A stretch of 32,000 nucleotides of DNA from Nostoc punctiforme PCC 73102 (lineage in GTDB: Bacteria; Cyanobacteriota; Cyanobacteriia; Cyanobacteriales; Nostocaceae): positions 4,470,001 to 4,502,000 of the forward strand of contig NC_010628.1 of assembly GCF_000020025.1 (NCBI RefSeq), written 5' to 3'. The notes beneath the pieces are model-generated. The model ran no database searches and was not told where the DNA came from. It saw only the letters and a program-made list of their open reading frames with translations. This document shows positions 17,501-22,631 of the stretch, piece by piece; the first letter of the stretch is position 1; each line of letters opens with the position of its first letter. Made by a program: the position numbers and the translations under genes.

Positions 17501-17758
17501 GTCGGCTATGAGATTATGGCTGGTGAAGGAGTGTATTTTATCAGAGATAATGGGGCAGGATTTGATATGCGGTATGCCGATAATTTGTTTGGGGTATTCC
17601 AACGGCTGCACCGCGAACAAGAATTTACAGGCACGGGGATCGGACTAGCGATCGTGCAACGCATTATTCAACGCCACGGCGGGCGGATTTGGGCCGAAGC
17701 AGCGATCGATCAAGGTGCGACGTTTTATTTCACCCTTCAAGGGGAAATTAACCCATGA
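11597..17758 (+). CDS. HstK-family multidomain kinase: Ser/Thr protein kinase, AAA_16/STAND-like P-loop NTPase, helical repeat region, GAF, PAS, GAF, HisKA, HATPase_c
   Basis: ATG at 11597 (the track starts at TTG 11567). The Ser/Thr kinase motifs are HKDINPSNIV, DFGIS and SPEQ. Walker A is GYSGIGKS and Walker B is VIFLDDLQWVD. The H-box is FSYSVSHDLRAPLRAI. The G-boxes are DNGAGF and GTGIGLAIV. Confidence 0.9.
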   Translation: MLEIPEYQISKKIHESANSRVYRGINQQNNLPVIFKVLKKDYPTPEEITRYKLEYEITRSLSLEGVIQAYSLQQYQRNFVIILEDFGGESLTKIIAKTKFSLTDFLKIAIQIVETLDAIHTANIIHKDINPSNIVFNPRTQQLKIIDFGISTVLSREILTLKNPTILEGTLAYISPEQTGRMNRSLDYRTDFYSLGVTFYELLTHRLPFESSDALELIHYHLALEPVPPHFINSGIPVIVSGIVLKLLAKTAENRYQSDWGIKNDLEECLEQLQHTGAIEPFLLGQQDISNKFHIPEKLYGREREVEMLLVSFERVAGKDNANLPTSASQVEVMLIAGYSGIGKSVLVQEIYQPITQQRGYFVSGKFDQYQRNIPYFAIAQALESLIKQLLAEDEVQLSQWRQNLLAALGSNSRVITQVIPALELIVGNQPEVPVLPPTEAQNRFHQVFQNFIRVFTQSEHPLVIFLDDLQWVDNASLKLIQLLATVTKGQSLLLMGAYRDNEVNAAHPLIQMVEEIQQGGGVVNQLSLLPLSLHNINQFIADTLHCQPEDSLSLAELVQRKTGGNPFFMNEFLKSLYTEGLVEFNHQTKKWQWSIEQIQEQGITDNIVDLMAQKIQKLNKNTQKVLQLAACIGNSFDLETLALTAKLSQRKTAQDLRVAIAQGFILPLSNAHKSVELDVPLPRNCPAIEYRFVHDRIQQAAYSLIPEAEQSQIHWQVGQSLLQITPRENLEHQIFDITNQLNLGKKLLKTQSEQNNLSRLNLMAGEKAKTSGAYDAAWQYLQTGLELLTTDSWQTNYDFTLTLYSATTEAAYLSGNFEQVEPLFQQVINHAKTLLANLKVYDVKIQTYVAQSKLLEAIQISLQLLQQLGVHLPIQPTFEDVQQALSETASKLANRRIEDLVDLQMMSEPEVLAAMQLLTSMCASAYLAVPPLFLLVVLKMVDLLIEYGNMMLAPFAYAAYGIILCGVVLDIEAGYKFGQLALSLLDRLDAKPIQARSLFAVSNQINVWKTHLKHSLKPLQDCYQVGIEQGDFEFAGYAAMYFCGYSLAIGQPLDELQLHLTSYAQAVKQIKHSAGINFVDICWQTVLNLVQKVPNPGLLSGQAYDEGTRLSQMQQTHFHGGLFYFYLNKLFLYYLFDDTNQAIGNAVLAQEYLPAMTGAALVAIFNFYDSLCRLAVYSNTDTAQQSELLEQVAENQAKMKNWAHHAPTNYLHKWHLVEAERHRVLGEVVEAMDAYDRAIALARENEYLQEESLANELAAKFYLTNNRIAITKVYLQEARYGYRRWGAIAKVQDLERRYPQLLEVQTERTNIGKVDTTESTSRKLEALDLETVLKASQAIASEILLDKLLAKIMTILIENAGAQTGYLILPTQEKWQIEAMGSIGDEKIAVLQSIPLESISADSTPCLPTALINYVVRTQESIVLNNAAQFGNFQSEPWIVQRQSKSILCATLLNQGKLTGIVLLENNLTTSAFTPERIEIFSLLSTQAAISIDNARLLKQQSELNQFLRAEIAERQRAEKDRDRLIAILEASTDHIGMATPQGNVFWNNAQARKLLGLPVDADLSTLSILNYHPQWALEIIQNQGIPLAIRDGTWVGETALLDIDGREIPVSQMIIAHKATDGSLEYLSTIIRDISEVKRREEDLKRSETTLQNLVMGTAAVTGQDFFAALVGHIAKALHVRYALVTELVNGELKALAFWAHGALQPQISYLPARTPCEFALRNGLFYCKKLVQQIFPEDLDLVAMQAESYLGISLKNANGDPIGNLCILDVQPLVDKQRTEVILKVFAARAAAELERQRAIEALHQLNQSLETRVKQRTAQLEAANKALEAFSYSVSHDLRAPLRAIVGFSRIMQEDYGEQLDAEGNRYLKIVRDNAKRMGELIDDLLNLSRLDRKEMSRQPVFMNEIIQEVLSDLAPDFEGRQIEFAIADLPICQADLSLFKQVWLNLLSNAIKYTRYKSPACIEVGYEIMAGEGVYFIRDNGAGFDMRYADNLFGVFQRLHREQEFTGTGIGLAIVQRIIQRHGGRIWAEAAIDQGATFYFTLQGEINP

Positions 17759-18234
17759 GTGACCAACCCATAGATCAGCCCACCGATCCATATTTTGAGC
17801 AAGCACTTTCCATTGTCTTAGTTGAAGATAATGCCACCGATGCTGAGTTAACTATCCGAGCATTACGTCGCAGTAGAATTGGCAACAATATTAAACTGCT
17901 CGAAGATGGAGCCGAAGCCCTAGATTTTTTCTTTTGTCGGGGAGAGTACGCCCACCGTAGCATGACGAATCAACCCAAAGTCATTTTGCTGGATTTGAAA
18001 CTGCCAAGGATAAGTGGGTTAGAAGTTTTACGGCAACTCAAATCCGATCCACGCACACAAATGATTCCGGTTGTGGTGCTGACCTCTTCTGCTGAAGACC
18101 AGGATATGATCGAGAGTTACCAGCTTGGGGTGAATAGCTACATCGTCAAACCTGTGGATTTTGAACAATTTAACCAAGCAGTCCAACAGCTTGGTTTTTA
18201 TTGGATCTTGTTTAACCAATTGCCAGTTTTTTAA
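17755..18234 (+). CDS. Single-domain CheY/Rcp1-like response regulator
   Basis: Its ATG overlaps the TGA of the upstream kinase (ATGA at 17755-17758). The motifs are LVEDN, ILLDLKLP, VVVLTSS and YIVKP. Confidence 0.92.
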   Translation: MSDQPIDQPTDPYFEQALSIVLVEDNATDAELTIRALRRSRIGNNIKLLEDGAEALDFFFCRGEYAHRSMTNQPKVILLDLKLPRISGLEVLRQLKSDPRTQMIPVVVLTSSAEDQDMIESYQLGVNSYIVKPVDFEQFNQAVQQLGFYWILFNQLPVF

Positions 18235-18237
18235 AAG

Positions 18238-18332
18238 GATTTGTCATTAGTCATTTGTCCTTAGTCCTTAGTTATTAGTTATTTCTTATTCTCCCATTCC
18301 CAATTCCCAATTCCCCATTCCCTATTCCCCAT
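18238..18332. repeat. Composite STRR block (GTCATTN-type units, ATTTCTTATTCTCCC, CCCAATT/CCCCATT units)
   Basis: Starts TTTGTCATTAGTCATTTGTCCTTAGTCCTTAGTTATTAGTT. ATTTCTTATTCTCCC (18281-18295) follows. It ends ATTCCCAATTCCCAATTCCCCATTCCCTATTCCCCATT. The block abuts the bioF stop. Confidence 0.85.
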
Positions 18333-19517
18333 TCAAATAACATCCTTCAGCGCTGCCACCAATTTTTCAATATGTGCTACTTTATGAGTCGCCATCACAG
18401 ATATTCTGATTCGACTTGTGGGCACTGTAGGAGGACGAATTGCTGGGGCAAAAATGCCAGCATCTCTTAGCTGTTTTCCAGCTTTGAGGGCATCTGTAGC
18501 ATTAGGCAATTGAAAGCATAATATGGGTGATTCAGAAGGCAGCAATTTTAAGTTAGGCAACTGTTGTAGCAAAGTTTTCAAGTAATGTATATTCCTCCAC
18601 AATTGGGCAAGATGTTGCGGTTCTTGTTGCACTATCTTGATTGCTGCTAAGGCTGCTGCTGTATCAGCAGGTGAAAGCCCAGTGGTATAAATCCAACTGG
18701 GTGCGCGGTTCCGCAAAAAGTCAATTAAGGCGCTACTTCCTGCCACATAACCGCCTAAACTACCCAAAGCTTTACTCAAAGTCCCAATTTGAATTAATTG
18801 CTTTCCTGTACACCCGAAATATTCGACGCACCCAGCGCCAGTTTTTCCTAGTACCCCAGTGGCATGAGCTTCATCGACTAGCAGCATACAGCTAAATTCA
18901 TCAGCCAGATCGAAGAGTGCAGGCAAGGGACATAAATCGCCGTCCATGCTGAAGACAGTATCAGTAAGAATCAAACAGCGTCGGTAATTTTGTCGTTGTT
19001 GACTCAACTGAGTTTTGAGTACTGCCACATCACAGTGCGGATATTCCACAACTGCTGCACCGCTAAGAATGGCTCCATTTTTCAGACTTGAATGATTGTA
19101 CTGGTCGGATAATATTAAATCCCGCTTGCCCACAAGGGCGGTAATTGCACCCAAATTAGCTAGATACCCTGAACTAAATACCAAGGCATCTTCTGTTTGT
19201 TTGGTAGATGCGATCGCCTTTTCTAACTCCCTATGCAATTCTCTATGCCCACTGAGTAATCTAGAACCAGTACTACCAGTGCCAAATTCTGCGATCGCAG
19301 CAGTTGCGGCTGCCATCAACCGCTTATCCCCAGCCAATCCCAAATAGTCATTGCTGGCAAAATTAATTACCTCTTGCCCAGCTAAAACCACCGTTGCACC
19401 CGGACGACCGTTGATAGGTTGTACCGAACGATACCAGTCTGCCCGATGAATTGTTGCTAAGGACTGTTCTAGCCAGGCATAAGGATCACGTCGCTTCGCT
19501 CCGAATTCAAAATTCAA
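18333..19517 (-). CDS. bioF: 8-amino-7-oxononanoate synthase
   Basis: 394 aa. The N-terminus is [10 protein letters not shown]...WYR, followed by [10 protein letters not shown]. The PLP-lysine region reads [16 protein letters not shown] 19517 is the only canonical start upstream of the conserved N-terminus. Confidence 0.9.
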   Translation of the reverse strand: MNFEFGAKRRDPYAWLEQSLATIHRADWYRSVQPINGRPGATVVLAGQEVINFASNDYLGLAGDKRLMAAATAAIAEFGTGSTGSRLLSGHRELHRELEKAIASTKQTEDALVFSSGYLANLGAITALVGKRDLILSDQYNHSSLKNGAILSGAAVVEYPHCDVAVLKTQLSQQRQNYRRCLILTDTVFSMDGDLCPLPALFDLADEFSCMLLVDEAHATGVLGKTGAGCVEYFGCTGKQLIQIGTLSKALGSLGGYVAGSSALIDFLRNRAPSWIYTTGLSPADTAAALAAIKIVQQEPQHLAQLWRNIHYLKTLLQQLPNLKLLPSESPILCFQLPNATDALKAGKQLRDAGIFAPAIRPPTVPTSRIRISVMATHKVAHIEKLVAALKDVI

Positions 19518-19564
19518 AATGACACTTGCAGACTCGCTAACGCTGCGCTAACAAAATTCAAAAT
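19508..19564. repeat. 13-bp direct repeat CAAAATTCAAAAT x2 flanking a 31-bp insert
   Basis: The repeat copies lie at 19508-19520 and 19552-19564. The insert GACACTTGCAGACTCGCTAACGCTGCGCTAA lies at 19521-19551. It is related to the insert at 3563-3605. Confidence 0.8.
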
Positions 19565-19639
19565 TAATGATCCCCATAAATAATAAATAAATTTAGGGGC
19601 TTGTATCATGAGTTGTTTTCGGTCAGTGGGCATAAGGGG

Positions 19640-19687
19640 GGACAGGGGGAGAATAAGAAATGACCAATGACCAATGACAAATGACAA
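19640..19687. repeat. Composite STRR block, inverted relative to 18238-18332
   Basis: GGGAGAATAAGAAAT (19647-19661) is the exact reverse complement of 18281-18295. It is followed by TGACCAA TGACCAA TGACAAA TGACAAT, the reverse complement of TTGGTCA (STRR2-type) units. The block abuts the ruvA stop. Confidence 0.85.
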
Positions 19688-20320
19688 TTAAACTTGTTCG
19701 CTACTGAGATGAGCGATCGCTTGTTTAATCCAATCTTCTACATAAGCGTCTTTGGGTAGACCAATATCTTCGCTGACTACGTGCAGGGCGTGACTGACCT
19801 CATGGGCAGTATATCCCAAGGCGAAGAGGGTCATTTGCACCTCTTCGAGAATTCCTGGTGCTGGCCCGCCTGTAGCGACGAAGAACCCGGCTGATTTGCG
19901 CCACTCGACTAATTTGCTTTTCAGCTCCAAACAGATGCGCTCTGCGATTTTTTTACCAACACCTGGAGCCTGAATGAGGATTTGTGTATTGCCAGCGATA
20001 ATTGCTTGGACTAAATCTGGTAGTTCCAGAGTGTCTAGGAGTGCGATCGCTAAGGCTGCACCAATCCCTGTGACAGTCAGCAAGTGGCGAAATAAATCGC
20101 GTTCGGCTGGGGAAGCAAAGCCATACAAGTAGGGCACTTCTTCCCGAATTTGGAAATGGGTAAAAATTTGCGCCACTCCTCCCGATTCTGGTAACTGGTT
20201 TGCTAGCCTTTGGGGAACTTGCAAATCGTACCCCAAGCCATTTACTTCCAGTGTCAGAATCACGCGATTAGCGCCAATTGTTTGGATACCAGCGACTATA
20301 CCTTTTAAATAACTAATCAT
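19688..20320 (-). CDS. ruvA: Holliday junction DNA helicase subunit RuvA
   Basis: From ATG 20320 the product is 210 aa and begins [13 protein letters not shown]. The helix-hairpin-helix motifs are [12 protein letters not shown] and [12 protein letters not shown]. The longer track ORF (start 20374) overlaps spp and is unlikely. Confidence 0.9.
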   Translation of the reverse strand: MISYLKGIVAGIQTIGANRVILTLEVNGLGYDLQVPQRLANQLPESGGVAQIFTHFQIREEVPYLYGFASPAERDLFRHLLTVTGIGAALAIALLDTLELPDLVQAIIAGNTQILIQAPGVGKKIAERICLELKSKLVEWRKSAGFFVATGGPAPGILEEVQMTLFALGYTAHEVSHALHVVSEDIGLPKDAYVEDWIKQAIAHLSSEQV

Positions 20321-21078
20321 TACAAGAGACCAAAATAATTTAAGCCTTCGATAATTCCACCTGCACAAAAACATGAAGCCAGGTAGCGGTGTTCGGCGGG
20401 ATGCTCATTGTGCCACTGGAGTAACTCTTTGCGGGCATTCCCGACAATGATTCCCCGTTCGTTGCCTACAGCAAATAAAGCAATATCATTACCTGAATCA
20501 CCACAGACAACTGTTTGTTCTGCTGCAAATTTCCACTTTTGGCGTAAAAACTGCATTGCCTGACCTTTATCGCTGCTATGGGGTACAATGTCAAGGTCAA
20601 TACCGCTACTGTAGATTAACTTTACATTTAATTTAGATTTCTGCAACTCTGCTTCAAGTTGTGGTAGAACATTCGCAGATGCTTCTTGTTCTAAAAAAAA
20701 GCTCACTTTGAAGGCACGCTGTTCTGAATCTGGTTGCCGAACTAACTCACGGTATTTTCGGGTAATAGATAATACAACTTCCCGTTCCCATCCCGGTGAG
20801 AGGATTTCTGACCAATCTGAGTCTGGAGTATCAGCACCATTGAGATAAATTTCCGTACCCACAGAAAGGACAAGGGCATCTGGTTGCAAAAGATTTTTTT
20901 GAGCTTGGAGTTCTTTGTAAAGTACAGGCGATCGCCCGGTAGAATAAACAATTTTAGTGCCGTATTCTTGGCGATGTCTCTTCAGCAGTTGATTGAGTTC
21001 TGGTAAAGCGCTGTCATCGCCCGTAGTCCGATATACGAGGGTGTCATCTAGGTCGGTTACAAAAAGAAATGGTTTCAT
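20320..21078 (-). CDS. spp: Sucrose-phosphate phosphatase (HAD-IIB family)
   Basis: 252 aa. HAD motif I is [35 protein letters not shown] and the C-terminus [14 protein letters not shown] parallel Synechocystis SPP (comparison from memory). The stop overlaps the ruvA start (TAATG). Confidence 0.8.
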   Translation of the reverse strand: MKPFLFVTDLDDTLVYRTTGDDSALPELNQLLKRHRQEYGTKIVYSTGRSPVLYKELQAQKNLLQPDALVLSVGTEIYLNGADTPDSDWSEILSPGWEREVVLSITRKYRELVRQPDSEQRAFKVSFFLEQEASANVLPQLEAELQKSKLNVKLIYSSGIDLDIVPHSSDKGQAMQFLRQKWKFAAEQTVVCGDSGNDIALFAVGNERGIIVGNARKELLQWHNEHPAEHRYLASCFCAGGIIEGLNYFGLL

Positions 21079-21104
21079 AATTAGAACTCTTGCAAAATTT
21101 CGTT

Positions 21105-21132
21105 ATTCTACCGCGTGAAGAGAATTTTGCAA
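21105..21132 (-). promoter_or_regulatory. Candidate sigma70-type promoter of spp embedded in a 12-bp inverted repeat
   Basis: The minus strand reads TTGCAA (21132-21127), 16 nt, then TAGAAT (21110-21105). The arms TCTTGCAAAATT (21088-21099) and AATTTTGCAAGA (21123-21134) are perfectly complementary and bracket the -10 element. The ATG lies at 21078. Confidence 0.4.
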
Positions 21133-21246
21133 GAAGTTTACTAAAAATAAAACAAGTTGAAACTCGCGTTTACTGATACACTAAAAATAATTTTTATATA
21201 TTGCGATTGTGGCTGCGATCGCAATTGGGAATGCTACTCCAACTTA

Positions 21247-21636
21247 CTAACGATAAATCCAAGTCTCTCGCTCTTGCCCCTGAATCGACTTTATAGTTCC
21301 AAACCTTTCCTCAAGTTTGCGTGGTAGAGTGTTTATGCCAAAAATGTAAACGCAAGATTCTTCTGGTTGAATTGTCAAAACACTAACTTTCGCTTCGTCA
21401 TCTTGCAAACGCTCTATGAAAATAGATGCACAGATTTCAACATCTTCAGAAAGCTCATATACTTCCTTTGAAAAGAGGAACCTCTTCTCTAAACTGTTTG
21501 CAATTTGGTTAATAATGTTTTGTTCAGGCAACGAGTTTGTGAAACGATAGATGTATGTTCGACAGCACTTTCCATCTTCTAGCTGCTCTAATTGAGGGAG
21601 ATCGATCAATCTTATATGACTTATATCATACTTCAT
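21247..21636 (-). CDS. Hypothetical protein, 129 aa, no recognised domain
   Basis: ATG-initiated ORF with a GGTGA-like Shine-Dalgarno about 6 nt upstream. The composition is soluble and acidic. The region is AT-rich. Confidence 0.55.
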   Translation of the reverse strand: MKYDISHIRLIDLPQLEQLEDGKCCRTYIYRFTNSLPEQNIINQIANSLEKRFLFSKEVYELSEDVEICASIFIERLQDDEAKVSVLTIQPEESCVYIFGINTLPRKLEERFGTIKSIQGQERETWIYR

Positions 21637-21810
21637 TTCGTTTCACCTTTTCGTAGGTTGGGTTGGGGCTTTGCGAAACTCAATACCAAAAATACCTGCT
21701 TTTGTTCTTTAATCTAACTATTGTATAGACTCTAGATACTAGCCGATAATGATTAATATGGCTAACCAGAAAGCAGAAAGTTATTAAAAAAATAGGGAGT
21801 TAAATTTTTA

Positions 21811-22290
21811 ATGCCTTCAGGTTTTCACAAGTCGAAAAATTGCTTTTCTATTGGTTGTATTTTCTTTATATTTATTGGATTTATAGCATTCTTTGAGCAA
21901 TATAAAGTGACAAATTTTACCTGTGAAAGAGCAACTCAAATTAATTGTCAATTAACTTATTACAATGAGTGGAAGTCAAGTGTAAAAACCTACTCTGGAA
22001 AAGAGTTTATGGGGGTAAAAGTTAAAGGGCACTATAATGAACGCTACGATTACTATGTTACTCTTTTGACTAATTCCGGCAAAGTATCTGATGTTTTTAT
22101 ATATCCCTTCCAATCTGAAGCTCAAAAAATTGTACATAAAATTAATACTTTCATAAGTAATTCTCAAGAAACGTTTATTACTGTTACTCAAGACTATTCC
22201 AATAGTTTCAACTTAGCTGCCGCTATTTGCATTATATTTGGCGTATTCGGTTTAGGTCTTACCCTTTACTCATATAGGAATTATATCTGA
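21811..22290 (+). CDS. Hypothetical membrane protein, 159 aa (N- and C-terminal TM helices flanking a ~100-aa domain)
   Basis: AGGGAG lies 11 nt upstream of the ATG. The predicted TM segments are CFSIGCIFFIFIGFIAFF and LAAAICIIFGVFGLGLTLY. The sequence is very AT-rich and I recognise no family. Confidence 0.55.
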   Translation: MPSGFHKSKNCFSIGCIFFIFIGFIAFFEQYKVTNFTCERATQINCQLTYYNEWKSSVKTYSGKEFMGVKVKGHYNERYDYYVTLLTNSGKVSDVFIYPFQSEAQKIVHKINTFISNSQETFITVTQDYSNSFNLAAAICIIFGVFGLGLTLYSYRNYI

Positions 22291-22584
22291 TTTACGAACA
22301 TGATTTCAGATAAAATCTTAACCATCAACCTCTTTATGTTCTCTGCATCTCTGCGGTTAGTTAATCTTTGTATTTCCATAACCGCTAACCTGTAGTTTCT
22401 TATCAAGCGATAGCCTATATCAATGAAGCTAGCTGTAGAGATTTGGGCTAAAAACACAAAGGCATATTACATTGTGTTTCCGAACTGGGACAGGGAGCCA
22501 CATTCATTAGACATCTTGCAAAAGTAACAAATGCCAAGATGTTGGGGTGTATGGTAAAGGTTACTGGGTTTGGGGAAATTCTAT

Positions 22585-22613
22585 CCCTTTCCCTTTTACC
22601 CCTTACCCTTTAC
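22585..22613. repeat. Heptamer array CCCTTTC CCTTTTA CCCCTTA CCCTTTA
   Basis: Read directly from the sequence. It lies just downstream of the kinase stop, next to the palindrome ACTTCTGCAAGAAGT (22617-22631). Confidence 0.75.
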
Positions 22614-22631
22614 CACACTTCTGCAAGAAGT

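Noticed and set aside
19688-20374. Long form of ruvA starting at 20374 ([18 protein letters not shown]...)
   Set aside because: The extension overlaps the 3-prime end of spp and is not RuvA-like. The canonical N-terminus MISYLKGIV starts at ATG 20320.
22290-22631. Possible small RNA in the 340-bp spacer downstream of the 159-aa ORF (hairpins GCGGTTA..TAACCGC and CATCTTG..CAAGATG)
   Set aside because: The stems are short with no U-tract terminator or promoter consensus. The segment also contains common Nostoc repeat words (CTCTGCATCTCTGCGGTT). The evidence is insufficient.
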